A DNA stretch of 63,657 nt, the filler included, from Basidiobolus ranarum (Eukaryota), in assembly GCA_040143965.1 (NCBI GenBank). It is 50 parts of 50 records of this genome, joined end to end, with 100 filler letters (N's around TTAATTAATTAA, not from the genome) between each part and the next. Parts side by side here need not be neighbours in the genome. Positions count along the whole stretch, not along the records: positions 11,526 to 12,705 come from JASJQH010012996.1; positions 12,806 to 13,984 come from JASJQH010012997.1; positions 14,085 to 15,262 come from JASJQH010012998.1; positions 15,363 to 16,540 come from JASJQH010012999.1; positions 16,641 to 17,818 come from JASJQH010013000.1; positions 17,919 to 19,096 come from JASJQH010013001.1; positions 19,197 to 20,374 come from JASJQH010013002.1; positions 20,475 to 21,651 come from JASJQH010013003.1; 42 more parts are not named here. One strand, 5' to 3'. Below are positions 12,543-24,619 of this stretch, one piece after another; the first letter of the stretch is position 1; every line of letters starts with the position of its first letter. The notes under the pieces were generated by a model that saw only the letters and a program-made list of their open reading frames with translations, was not told where the DNA came from and did no database searches. The position numbers and the translations under genes were made by a program.

Positions 12543-12705
12543 TAGACTTGTTCCATTGGACCAGGTCAGATTGTGCTGCTTGATCCAGCCTGCTAGTACA
12601 CCATCTGGCGCAATCTGTCAATTACCATGGCTGGGTCCTATAACACTCGATCGGACACTATCAGGAACAATATGGCACTATCCCACCACAATTGGAAACA
12701 ATGAT
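12543..12705 (+). repeat. Unclassified repeat with sharp 5' end TAGACTTGTT
   Basis: Copies at 19540-20374 and 43076-43325, with an internal part at 44330-44459. Confidence 0.7.
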
Positions 12706-13573
12706 NNNNNNNNNNNNNNNNNNNNNNNNNNNNNNNNNNNNNNNNNNNNTTAATTAATTAANNNNNNNNNNNNNNNNNNNNNNNNNNNNNNNNNNNNNNN
12801 NNNNNTTATCTCTATCTTTATATACTTAACTATTTCATATATCATATATAAGTTAGTTAACATTACTTAGTCAAATATCACCAAGTTGAAAATTGGAACA
12901 TTTAATATATATGTAGGTGAATAATGTGAGAATTAGCAATTCCATAATGGAAATTTCAAACTTTTCCAAATTGTCCCCAAAACAGCTCATTTTACTCCAA
13001 CAGATGTTCTGAACACAATCCCAGTGTTAGTTTTCTGTATTTCTGCCAAAATGTATAAAAGCTTTATTTCTGGACAATAAATAATTATCTCACAAAGCTA
13101 TTCACAACTCCACTTTTCTCAAGTTCCTCCAAGCAGCCCATATTTTTGCAATAGTAAACTCAATAATTTGCCATTCAAAAATGAGATTTTGCAACATTTG
13201 CTGGAAATTAAATAACATATGCCAAATATGATGTTCAAAATTTTAACATGTATGAATACAATTAAAATACCATCAAGAAGCCACCATCTCACCATCAAAA
13301 CCCCTGTTGGAATGCAAACTACCAATATTGTGATGTTTATCTGATGGTTTTGCAATCCAGACAGGTGGATCCAATCTGAATCAAATTGATTTGGTTTTTG
13401 TTAGGGCAATGGGTATTCCAGAGCTTTCCAAATCTGCATATCAGTTTCTTGAACATTGCATTAGCAATTTTTCTTTCACATGCTTACAGATTTGGTTCAA
13501 CACATTTGTCCTTTTTGAACCTGAAGTAAAACTTTCATTTCTAATAGTATCTCATATCTTCTTCTCGTGCCAC

Positions 13574-13951
13574 TGTTGAAGTTTATTATCTTTATCATAT
13601 TTATTATCTCTATCTTTATAAGCCTAACTACTTCATATATCGCATATAAGTTAGTTAACATCACTTAGTCAAATATCACTTAGCTGAAAATTGAAACATA
13701 TATTATATATATATGTGAATAATGTGAGAATTAGCAATTCAATATTGGAATTTTCAAACTTGTTCAAATTGCCCCAAAGATAGCTCATTTTACTCCCACA
13801 GATGTTCTGAACACAACCCCAGTGTTAAATTTCTGTATTTCCACCAAAAAATATAAATGCTTTATACCTGGACAATAAATAATTATCTCACAAAGCTATT
13901 CACAACTCCACTTTTCTAAAGTTCCTCCAAACAGCCCATAATTTTCCAATA
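13574..13951 (+). mobile_element. Copia 5' LTR (378 bp)
   Basis: Starts TGTTGA and is followed by a PBS. Copies at 12806-13153, 49788-50091 and 61011-61119, inverted at 47244-47490 and 51060-51195. Confidence 0.8.
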
Positions 13952-13963
13952 GGTTATGAGCCC
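13952..13963 (+). promoter_or_regulatory. Primer-binding site GGTTATGAGCCC (half initiator-tRNA-Met type)
   Basis: Directly follows the LTR end; matches the GGTTATG(A/G)GCCC PBS of copia/Ty5-type elements. Confidence 0.75.
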
Positions 13964-14084
13964 CATGTTCTAACCTTTACAGCANNNNNNNNNNNNNNNN
14001 NNNNNNNNNNNNNNNNNNNNNNNNNNNNTTAATTAATTAANNNNNNNNNNNNNNNNNNNNNNNNNNNNNNNNNNNNNNNNNNNN

Positions 14085-15262
14085 ACAGGCCATGACAAGC
14101 AATAACGCTGCAATATTGCAATTAATGCAGCGTTTGGAAGCAACTAGTCAACAGTTAGAGAGTCACTCAACAATGATACAAGACCTTCAGAATGCGGTTC
14201 TTGAGCTACAGCAACATGCTGCTCCCTCCATCCATTCTCATACGGGATTTCAGTCAATCCCACACCATACATATGAACATCACCGTGACAATCTAGCAGA
14301 GCAGAATATGTGTTGGACCATTAAGCCTACACAACAACCCAAAATTGCTTGGGCACATGAAAGTAGAAATCTCATAGGAAAACCAGCAAACCTACAGACT
14401 CTGAATATCAGAGCTGCTGTCACTTGCTCTGATGATGAGTGGTATAAATTTTTGGAAACTGTGCAGAGTCTTGCCTGAAATCACCTGGATTTGCGCCAAT
14501 TGCAGAAAAACCAAAAACCAGGTGTTACTCTAAAGCTTCTTGACTTATTTCTTGTGGTTTATCTTGGGTTTTTGCAAGCAAATGGAATTGGGCTAGTATA
14601 GGCCTATTCATGAAACATAACAAAATGTATGCAATTATTGACTTGGAAAAGAAAGAAGAGCAGCTAATGAAGTACTCAAGGAGCAGGAAGTTAGTAAATC
14701 CAAGGGAAAAGCAAAGGAGCCAGTGAGTTTAGTCTCTACTGTCCTACTTACTAAATTCTTCACACCATTACAAAGATCTGCATTTCTAGAGTCATATATA
14801 TTAGCAAAAAAGGTTAATTTCACCATGGAACCAGTTACACCAGTTGGAATAGTGCTAAATTTGGGAGTTTATCCAACACCTGGCACCTCTCAACAAGTCA
14901 AAACACCAGCAAGTAAAACTCATTGTTCTCTGACCTCAACTGGTACTTTTGAAATTGTTGAAATTAGCCCCAAACTTAGAGGCAAGCTAAAAGCCATACA
15001 AACACTGCAAAGCACCCTTAGTAGTGTCACACTACAAGGACATATAAAAATAGTCAAAGTGCTTGAGGAGCATTTGAAAAGTATGAAGGCTAATACTTAG
15101 TGCTAGTATGCAGAAAGTGGCTTCAGAAGAAGAACATTCAAATTGACATTCAGTCTGGTGTTGACCATGCAGATATCTGGTAAGAACTTAATACAGAGTG
15201 GCACAATATTGCAGGGTAGCTGCCAGATAGCTGGCAGAATGTAGATTCAGCAACATTAATAC
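14085..15262 (+). pseudogene. CMC transposon ORF2 (unknown protein), decayed
   Basis: Near-continuous frame with stops and a coiled-coil segment (LQLMQRLEATSQQLE). Homologs at 26858-28033, 28830-29309, 38331-38735, 48020-48415, 51282-51776 and 56343-57312. Confidence 0.7.
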
Positions 15263-15362
15263 NNNNNNNNNNNNNNNNNNNNNNNNNNNNNNNNNNNNNN
15301 NNNNNNTTAATTAATTAANNNNNNNNNNNNNNNNNNNNNNNNNNNNNNNNNNNNNNNNNNNN

Positions 15363-16540
15363 CAAACTACAGAGAAGTCTATACAGCCTGAAACAGGCTC
15401 CTTGAGCATGAAATACCAAAATCATTCAGATCTTCATGAAACATCTTTTCCATTGTAACAAAGCTGATCACTGCATATAGTTCAAGACTATCAAAGCCAC
15501 CAAAGTGATAATTACTCTCTATGTTGATGAAAAGGCTATCTACCAAGTTTGAAATGCAAGATCTTGGATCACTAGCATATTGTCTTGGAATGCAGATACA
15601 TCAAAATTTGACTATTGGAACACTCTGTATTACACAAGAAAAATATATTGGAGAGGTTTTAAACAGATTAAATATGTCAGAATGTAAAACATCTACAAAT
15701 CCACTATGTGTGCTGAAACTCACTAAGAATATGGAATCAAAGACCTCTGAAGATATTGAAATCATGAAACATATTCCTTACCATAGTGCAGTTGGAAGTC
15801 CCATATATGCAACTACTGGTACCTGGTCTGATATTGCTACAGCAGTAAGCATAGTAAGCAACTATATGAAAAATCCTGCAATGGAACATTGGATAGCTGT
15901 GAAACAGATAATAAGCTATCTGAAAGGAACGATACATCGTGCAATTCAATTTAGTAAGCTGTATGACATGTCACTTATTTTGGAAGGATATGCTGATGCA
16001 GACTGGGCTGACAATACAGAAGACCGTAAATCCAGAACTGGATATGTGTTTAAGCTAGCAGGTGGGCCAATAAGCTGGATTAGCCAGAAACAGTAAACGG
16101 TCGCATTATCAACTACAGAAGCAGAATATATGGCAAGCTCTATGGCTGGTCAAAAAGCTATATGGCTAAGGAGTCTTCTCAAGGAACTAGGATATGATCA
16201 AGTTAACCCTACCCCAATAAATCAAGATAATATTAGTTGTATTTGGATCACCAAGAATCCCAAGCATTACTCAAGGATGAAACTTATTGACATAAGACAT
16301 CATGTTATACAAGAGAAAGTTCAAGACAAAGAAGTGAACTTTATTTATTGTAATATTAAAAACATGCTTGCAGATATACTAACAAAACCACTCAAAACTT
16401 CCACCTTTTAGAAGTTAAGAGCAGGAATAGGCATTAGTGAATATAGGCACAGTGTTGAATAAGAACTAAGGGAAGGTGTTGGATAATTCATCCTTATTCA
16501 AATCATAATTAACTTTAGTTATGATGCATATATCAGAAAC
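15363..16540 (+). mobile_element. Ty1/copia RT-RNase H 3' end, PPT and start of 3' LTR (16477)
   Basis: MQDLG, YADADWA…DRKSRTGY, DIRHH, ADILTKPL; purine run GGGAAGG followed by TGTTGG. Confidence 0.92.
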
Positions 16541-17172
16541 NNNNNNNNNNNNNNNNNNNNNNNNNNNNNNNNNNNNNNNNNNNNTTAATTAATTAANNNN
16601 NNNNNNNNNNNNNNNNNNNNNNNNNNNNNNNNNNNNNNNNACCCTTCCATACTACAAGACTGGAGCCTTATTAAATGACACTTGCTAGAAAGCTATGGAG
16701 AACCATGCCATACCTACTCAATCTATAACTTGGGGGACTTTGCCAAAACCAGCATCTCAAAGATGCCTATCAAACAATTAATCCAAGAACTTGAAAATAT
16801 TGACACACCTTCGATCCAATAAGTTGTTATCCCTGAAGTTACCCTTACTATTTACCTATTGAATGCCTTACCCCAAAATCTACTGACAAAAATAGATTAA
16901 GAAACTACCAGCTACTCAACCTCTGATATTCCCACCCCTGCTAGGGTGAAGAAAGTCCTCCTGGCTAGTCAGGAGAACTTGGCACTCATGAAAATGCTCC
17001 AGAAGAGCAGGGAATAGCAACAATCAAGACCAGAACAACCTTTGACAAGAAGCAAAAACAGTTGATGTTGAGGATGAACTATCCAACATTAGCAAGAAGC
17101 TTAAAAGTCTCACTTTGAAGATTGAGAGTAGGTCCTACCAAGGAGGAACCAGTCAATCTTCCTACCCATCTC

Positions 17173-17818
17173 CCCTAACAAAAATAAAATCAATTTGATC
17201 AGGATTTGATCCACCCTTCTAAATTGCAAAATTGGCAGAGAACCATCACAATATTGGTGGCTTGCATTGTGCCAGGGATTTTGATCGTGTGGTGGTGGTT
17301 TCTTAATGGTTTCACATCAGTATTCATACATGTTAAAATACTGATCCACATAATTGGCATGTGTTAATATTTCCCGGCAATTTTTGCAAAATATATTTTC
17401 CAATGGTAAATTACAGGGTTTACCGCTGTAGAAATTTGATTTAACATACATGCTTTTATTTAGGTGTTTTAGGCTTTGTATTCCAGCCATAATGAGAATC
17501 AATAAATACACAAATCTTGTTGTGTTTAGTCTCTATATATGCACATACTTGACTGTTTGGACATAACTCAACAACATCAATAGGCTTTACCAGCAAACTA
17601 ATGGTGGAAAAATTGCTAAACATTGGAAATTTGAATAACACTGATACTTGGCAAATAGCTGGCTCTTGTTACCATTCACAATGAGAATAAGCTCTTGGAT
17701 TTTGGCAAATTTCCGCAAAGAATTCAGCCAATATATCCCCAACTTGCAGTCAACAAATGTCCTGCCACAAGTAGATGTGTTATTGCTTGAATAGATTACC
17801 CCATGGCTAAAACAATAA
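17173..17818 (-). mobile_element. CMC transposon terminus A plus transposase C-terminus
   Basis: CCCTAACAAAAAT at 17173; minus ORF VVELCPNSQVCAYIETKHNKI. Similar copies at 36573-36956, 47500-48015, 51854-52230 and 54873-55520. Confidence 0.75.
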
Positions 17819-17918
17819 NNNNNNNNNNNNNNNNNNNNNNNNNNNNNNNNNNNNNNNNNNNNTTAATTAATTAANNNNNNNNNNNNNNNNNNNNNNNNNN
17901 NNNNNNNNNNNNNNNNNN

Positions 17919-18255
17919 AACAGTGATGCAGACGGGGGAAGAAACCTTGATGATAGAAGATGAACAACTGGATACACTTTTCTCTATGGTAATGGAGCCA
18001 TAACTAGGAATAGTAAGAAGCAACCAACCATAGCACTTTCCACTACAGAAGCAGAGTATATGGCTGGCTCTGCTACTACACAAGAAGCTATGTGGTTAAG
18101 TAAGTTATTTACAGACTTAGGATACATGCAAAAATGTGCTTTAACTGTATTTGAACATAATCAAAGTTGTATTTCATTAGCTAACAATCCTACATATCAT
18201 GCTAGAACAAAACATATAGATATTAGGCATCATTTTGTTAGAGAAGCAATAGAGA
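17919..18255 (+). mobile_element. Ty1/copia RNase H fragment
   Basis: KQPTIALSTTEAEY, HARTKHIDIRHHFVRE. Confidence 0.9.
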
Positions 18256-18621
18256 CTTTTAGCAGGCTATTGATAAAAGTGTTTAGGGGATTTGGAAGTG
18301 TTTTGGACAAGATTTGGATTTGTTAATTAGACACTTAGGCTTTATTCAATTGAATATGTCATATTTATAGTTTACTACAAAATCGGACTATTGGACATGC
18401 TTAGATCATAACAAACATGCTTGTAAAGCATGGATGAAAAATTGAGGTGATTTGGAGCGGTTTTGAGAAAATAGTGAAAATTGGTAAAAGTGTTCTAATT
18501 GCTATTTCTTTCAATTTGAGCAATTAACACATGGTTTTGAATGGCAGAATCAAGTGCTAAATAATCAGAATATGAAGAAACTAACTACTAAATAATGAGT
18601 TGCCATTTACTTAATTTCAAC

Positions 18622-19096
18622 AGATTTGATCTCTCCAGAGCTTCAAAATGGCTGTCTGTGATTGTTCCCTATCTGCAACCTTCATACAGATCCAGCTTAG
18701 CAATAGTTTCATTTCTAAGCATCAAACAAGTTGATTTTGCATTGTTTGGGTCATTCTTTGATTGCCTATATGGCTGACTCTTCTGTGCCATGTTTTACAG
18801 CTTATTTCAAAAGTTTTGGCCAAGTTTGCATGCTCAGAATGCAATTTGCTCATTTCTAGCCTGTATAAGTTTTCAGTTTGATCCCAATAGTGAATTTGGT
18901 ATCATTCTGATATGTGAAAGTGCATCCAGCCTTGCTAAATACACATTTTTGTCCTTGAGATGTTTCTTGGCTTACTCAGATTGGATTCTTGGATATACCT
19001 GGTTCATAGAGTGCATCATCCAATTTTGCAGAAGGTGTAGCTGAGTTTTTGTCTAAAATCAGCACAATTATGCCCTAAATAAGGGCATTTAGTGTA
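18622..19096 (-). mobile_element. Ty1/copia protease/pre-integrase fragment, decayed
   Basis: Nucleotide homolog of 25860-26330. Confidence 0.75.
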
Positions 19097-20659
19097 NNNN
19101 NNNNNNNNNNNNNNNNNNNNNNNNNNNNNNNNNNNNNNNNTTAATTAATTAANNNNNNNNNNNNNNNNNNNNNNNNNNNNNNNNNNNNNNNNNNNNTAGT
19201 CTTTTCATTTGAAAGATTGATAACACACCCCCATTCCACACTACAGCACCAGCATATTATTCAACAGAAAGCTGGACATTGCATTGTGGCTTATCAGTCC
19301 TTAGACATTTCTAGAGGCTTGATTCCCTTTCACAAAGACCTAAGAGGCAAGAGACATATCCATATTAGAGTACATCCCAGAGTTTTTCAACCGTGGTTAT
19401 TGCACCCTTTGGACACCTCACAAAACCCTTAGGATATTGCAGTTATAGTTGCTGCTTTCACCCTAAAACAACTACAATGGTTCTCTGATGGTTTTGCTAT
19501 TTCTGAGAGTGGATCAAATCTGGATCAAATCAATTTTATTAGACTTGTTCCAATGGACCAGGTCAGATCATGCTGCTTGCTCCAGCCTGCTAGTACACCA
19601 TCTGGCACGATCTGTCAATTACCAAGGCTGGGTCCTACAACACTTGATCAGACACTATAAGGAACAATTTGGCACTATCCCACCACAATTAGACACAATG
19701 ATTTTATTGGAGATATTGTGCCAGCCTATACCAAGTTACCCAATTTAGTATTGCCAAATTATAATTTTGGGTAACTGACAAAGTAAGTTCATCCCCTAGT
19801 TTGTAACTTACAAATTACTGAATGTGTAACAATGAGCAATTTATATTGTAACTTACCAAATCAAATGTATAAATGAGACATTCACATGTTTTATGCCAAT
19901 CATTTGTCCCTCACTAACATAGTATCCTGATTTTCAATAGGGCACAACAGTTCCTGCACTACAAAACACTAGTAGTTTTGGCACACCGGTGACAAATCAC
20001 AGCACTTGATGATGGATTGATCTGCAGTATGATAGTAGTGATCAGGATCGCTTGTTCATCATTTTTAGATTAGAAAATTATTTATTCAATCATGTAAGCT
20101 TCTAATTGGGTGAAAATGTGAATGGATTGAGCCATATTAAGCCAATATGGCTGCACAAGCTTTTTATTGACAGACATTTTTCATTTGATTGTAGTGAAAT
20201 TGCTTGTTTTGATAGGCTATCATTGGTTTTTTTGATATATGAAAATTTCACACTATCAGTGTTTCATAAGCACATAGGCAATCATGATCTAACTAAAGTG
20301 ATCTATGCTATATTTAACTGCAATCCATATCAATTTTGCATGATGTGCTAAACAGTAAAGATAGAATAATGTAANNNNNNNNNNNNNNNNNNNNNNNNNN
20401 NNNNNNNNNNNNNNNNNNTTAATTAATTAANNNNNNNNNNNNNNNNNNNNNNNNNNNNNNNNNNNNNNNNNNNNTCTATTATATCTTATTACACAAACTC
20501 CTGAATATCTCAAACAATTGATTTACTTTTCTACTATATAAGTCACTATATACTCTTAAGAATAAACTAACTAAAAACACACTATCGTAAGTTGCTTCTA
20601 ATACTCAAAGTCTACCCCCATTATGTCAAGATCCTCCAACAATAAGTTTATTGACTTGA

Positions 20660-21127
20660 CATACAGTTCTAAAGAAAAATGACTGCAGACATATTAACCA
20701 AGCCATTGGATAGGCAGAAATTTGAGAAATTTAGACCTTCCATAGGATTAATATATATGACTATTTTGTTGAGGGAGAGTGTTAAAATTAGCATAATCTA
20801 GGCATCTATATAGTCATCAGTAGCTTAATACTTAGTTGTCTTATATTGAGCTAAGATATCACCCATAATTCTCAATTGGAATTTACTTGGAATGCTGCTA
20901 CCAACTTAGAAGTTCTCAGATATATAGATTTTCAAACTTGTACTAGAGGCCCCAAATTTTGCACACATGTTCCCAGGATCTTCTTCAACACATTCTACAC
21001 TTTGGTTTATTTACATCTTGACAAAACTATAAACGTCAAGTATCAACTCAATATATCAATAAGTGAAAACCACCAATTTCTCTATTTCTCTAAACCACCT
21101 CCAACAGGCTCCCAAAATACTTTAGCA
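20660..21127 (+). mobile_element. Ty1/copia RNase H end, PPT (GAGGGAGAG) and 3' LTR 20780-21127
   Basis: ADILTKPL, then TGTTAA…TTAGCA. LTR copies at 48555-48862, 49311-49591, 62489-62593 and 63089-63436. Confidence 0.85.
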
Positions 21128-21471
21128 CAGTAATACTTTAGAGTAAGTTTAACATCCATTTATTGCACAAGTGCATTGACATGATTATAAATGCTTGACT
21201 TATAATTTATTGATGGACAGTATTCTAATATAAACTCATGTTGAAAATTATATAACAAAAGATGAAAGACTGGAGAAATCTCTTATTTTTTAGTATATAA
21301 ATTGCAACAGACAGGTCACGTTCTCTGTAAAAAGTTATCCTGCACAACTGGCTTACACTACTCCACTACTTTGTTAACACATCATGGTCAACAGTTTAAC
21401 CTTTTACTTTCACAGCGTTCATAGTGACATGCTTTCACAGTAGGTAAGTCTTTCTGCACATGCAAGCTATA

Positions 21472-21651
21472 TTATACTTCTACTTTACCAACTTGTTGGC
21501 TTAACATGTAATGAAAACGGTTGGTTGTTTCACATTTGAGGATTTCACGAAGTGCCATCGTTGCATATTGGCTAGAGTTCAACGACAAAGAAAGACGGAT
21601 GGCTTGATGAAAACCCGTTGTCTCATTTTTTGGCTCCGGAATTGTAGTTAA
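21472..21651 (-). CDS. PUS7: TruD-family pseudouridine synthase (Pus7-like), C-terminal 59 aa (partial)
   Basis: My translation AIRLSLSLNSSQYATMALREILKCET matches the Pus7 C-terminal L..S.YATMA.RE..K motif; stop at 21472-21474. Confidence 0.8.
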   Translation of the reverse strand, partial: LTTIPEPKNETTGFHQAIRLSLSLNSSQYATMALREILKCETTNRFHYMLSQQVGKVEV

Positions 21652-21751
21652 NNNNNNNNNNNNNNNNNNNNNNNNNNNNNNNNNNNNNNNNNNNNTTAAT
21701 TAATTAANNNNNNNNNNNNNNNNNNNNNNNNNNNNNNNNNNNNNNNNNNNN

Positions 21752-22928
21752 AGCATGTTTTCAGTATTATAATAAATAAAGTTCACTTCTTTGTCTTGAA
21801 CTTTCTCTTGTATAAAATGATGTCTTATAGCAATATGTTTCATCCTTGAGTGATGCTCAGGATTTGGGGTGATGTAAACACAACTAATATTATCTTGATA
21901 TATTGGGGTAGGATTAACTTGATCATATCCTAGTTCCTTGAGAAGACTCCTTAGCCATATAGCTTCTTGAACAGCCATAGAGCTTGCCATATATTCTGCT
22001 TCTGTAGTTGATAATGTGACAGTTTGTTGTTTCTTGCTAATCCAGCTTATTGGCCCACCTGCTAGCTTAAACACATATCCAGTTCTGGATTTACGGTCTT
22101 CTGTATTGTTAGCCCAGTCTGCATCAGCATATCCTTCCAAAATAAGTGACATGTTGTACTGCTTACTAAATTGAATTCCATGATGTATTGTTCCTTTCAG
22201 ATAGCATATTATCTGTTTCACAGCTATCCAATGTTCCATTGCAGGATTTTCCATATATTTGCTTACTATGCTTACTGCTGTAGCAATATCAGGCCTAGTA
22301 CCAGTTGTTGCATATATGAGACTTCCAACTGCACTACGGTAAGGAATATGTTTCATGATTTCAATATCTTCAGAGGTCTTTGGTTCCATATTCTTAGTGA
22401 GTTTCAGCATACGTAGTGGATTTGAAGCTGTTTTACATTCTGACATATTGAATCTGTTTAAAACATCTCCAATATATTTTTCTTGTGTAATACAGAGTGT
22501 TCCAATAGTGGAATTTTGATGTATCTGCATTCCAAGACAATATGCTAGTGATCCAAGATCTTGCATTTCAAACTTGGTAGATAGCCAGGTCTTAGTTTGT
22601 TTCATCAGATTTGAGCAATTACTAACTATTATGATATCATCAACATAGAGAGCAATTATCACTTTGGTGGCTTTGATAGTCTTGAAGTATATGCAGTGAT
22701 CAGCTTTGCTATGATGGAAAAGATGTTTCATGAAGATCTGATTGATTTTGGTATTCCATGCACAAGGAGCCTGTTTCAGACCATATAGACTTCTCTGTAG
22801 TTTGCATACTTGATTTTTTTTCCTTTTGCAATATATCCCTCTGGTTGATCCATGTATATATCTTCATCAATTTCTCCATTAAGAAATGCTGTCTTGACAT
22901 CCATTTGTTCAATCAGCATTCCTTGGTG
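21752..22928 (-). mobile_element. Ty1/copia reverse transcriptase-RNase H
   Basis: [28 protein letters not shown]; one frameshift; same family as 15363-16540. Confidence 0.95.
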
Positions 22929-23030
22929 NNNNNNNNNNNNNNNNNNNNNNNNNNNNNNNNNNNNNNNNNNNNTTAATTAATTAANNNNNNNNNNNNNNNN
23001 NNNNNNNNNNNNNNNNNNNNNNNNNNNNGT

Positions 23031-23291
23031 ACATACGATGCCGGAAAGGGTGGAAATGGTGATGGAGATGGCAATGGCGGAGCTGGAAACGGCGGTGACA
23101 ATGGAAATGGTAATGGCGGTGATGGAGCTGGTGCTTACGATGCCGGAAAGGGTGGTAATGGGGATGGGGATGGCAATGGCAATGGCGAAGTTGGAAACGG
23201 TGGTGATAACGGCAATGGTAACGGTGGTAATGGTGCTTATGATGCTGGAAAGGAGGGTAAAGGTAATGGTGATCAGGACTGTGATAAATAG
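23031..23291 (+). CDS. Gly/Asn/Asp-rich repeat protein, C-terminus (partial)
   Basis: Frame missed by the ORF track: TYDAGKGGNGDGDGNGG…GAYDAGKEGKGNGDQDCDK*. YDAGK recurs every 102 bp (23034, 23136, 23238). Confidence 0.75.
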   Translation, partial: TYDAGKGGNGDGDGNGGAGNGGDNGNGNGGDGAGAYDAGKGGNGDGDGNGNGEVGNGGDNGNGNGGNGAYDAGKEGKGNGDQDCDK

Positions 23292-23437
23292 AAAACTTGT
23301 AACTCTGTATAATTATATTTATGGCACATATATGTATACTATGAGATTTAGATGAATTAAGTTCTATTAATAGATAAACGTATTTAATGTGTGATTTCCA
23401 GAGCTTTTTCAAATATCAATGATCCCTAAGATATTAA

Positions 23438-24205
23438 TTATCGAAGCGGTATGTATTTGCTAAAGCTACAGCAGCATGTCAAACAATATTGTAGCTCAGA
23501 GAGAATAGGGAAAATAAGACCGATGACAAATTCAGATAACCAATTAACTATAGGAGTAAAACTGGTAGTGATGGAAAGAGCGTTGGTAAGCATCCATTCA
23601 CGCATCATAAGGAAAGGAATCGAACCAAGACCGATGGCGAATGAGCCAACAAACATCATAACATAATAGCGAAAATTGATATGGAAAAATAATGTATTAT
23701 CAGCACTTACTGGCCGCTACTGTTAAACCATTACTAGGTACTTGAAGGCAAACACACAAAAGAACCTAGAAGATAGCTGAATTGCCACTGGAGAGTAATA
23801 ATAGAATATTTGTACCAGCACGATCGATCAGAGCAACAGAAATGACGGTCATCACAACGTTTAGACAACAGAGGCCTACAGTGACATATTTAGCAGTTTT
23901 CTCGTAGATGTTAGTAAAGATAGATGTCGAATGGTATATAATACCCTTAATTCAAGACCATTGTTCGAGAAGATTAATACCGATAGAAATGAAGTTTTTT
24001 CTGCAGTAAGGATCTTTCATGATTTCTCCAAAACCAAGACTTTTTGGAAAGTGTTTAGAAACTTCCCGAGTTTAAAGGATTTCCTCGAATTCAGTATCAA
24101 TATCATACTCGCTTCTACATCTTACTTAAGCGACCTTTGCTTCCTCAGGGAGCTCTCTTGAAACAAGAGATCGTCGGGCTTCTACAGAGTGATGTTAGGA
24201 ATGCC
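23438..24205 (-). pseudogene. MFS sugar porter (GLUT-like) pseudogene, C-terminal half
   Basis: NVVMTVISVALIDRAG, FVGSFAIGLGSIPF, VNWLSEFVIGLIFP; interrupted by stops and frameshifts. Confidence 0.75.
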
Positions 24206-24305
24206 NNNNNNNNNNNNNNNNNNNNNNNNNNNNNNNNNNNNNNNNNNNNTTAATTAATTAANNNNNNNNNNNNNNNNNNNNNNNNNNNNNNNNNNNNNNN
24301 NNNNN

Positions 24306-24466
24306 TTATATCTTATTACACAAACTCCTGAATATCTCAAACAATTGATTTACTTTTCTACTATATAAGTCACCATATACTCTTAAGAATAAACTAACTA
24401 AAACACACTATCATAATTTGCTTCTAATACTCAAAGTCTACCCCCATTATGTCAAGATCCTCTAAC
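24306..24466 (+). mobile_element. LTR 3' part (ends …CCTCTAACA)
   Basis: Near-identical to 20475-20641 (…CCTCCAACA); contains CTATATAAG and AATAAA. Confidence 0.6.
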
Positions 24467-24619
24467 AGATTAGTATAGAAGCTAAATAAAGTCCACACCA
24501 CCTGGTGCTTTTCATCCCCCTAAATCCAGTGCTGTAAGTATTTCAAGCACACTTTTCAGATTACAGAACTAGTAGATCCAGTAGCTACAATACCGTTTAT
24601 ATATTTTATACACATCCTG

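Noticed and set aside
16641-17172. Possible gag-like relic
   Set aside because: Multiple stops and no diagnostic motif; cannot be supported.
17173-17190. CCCTAAC at CMC ends as telomere remnants
   Set aside because: A single unit, followed by fixed element sequence with variable outer flanks; it behaves as a TIR.
22981-23412. His-rich (minus) and Met/Val-rich (plus) ORFs in the track
   Set aside because: Shadow frames of the Gly/Asn/Asp repeat, whose frame shows synonymous variation.
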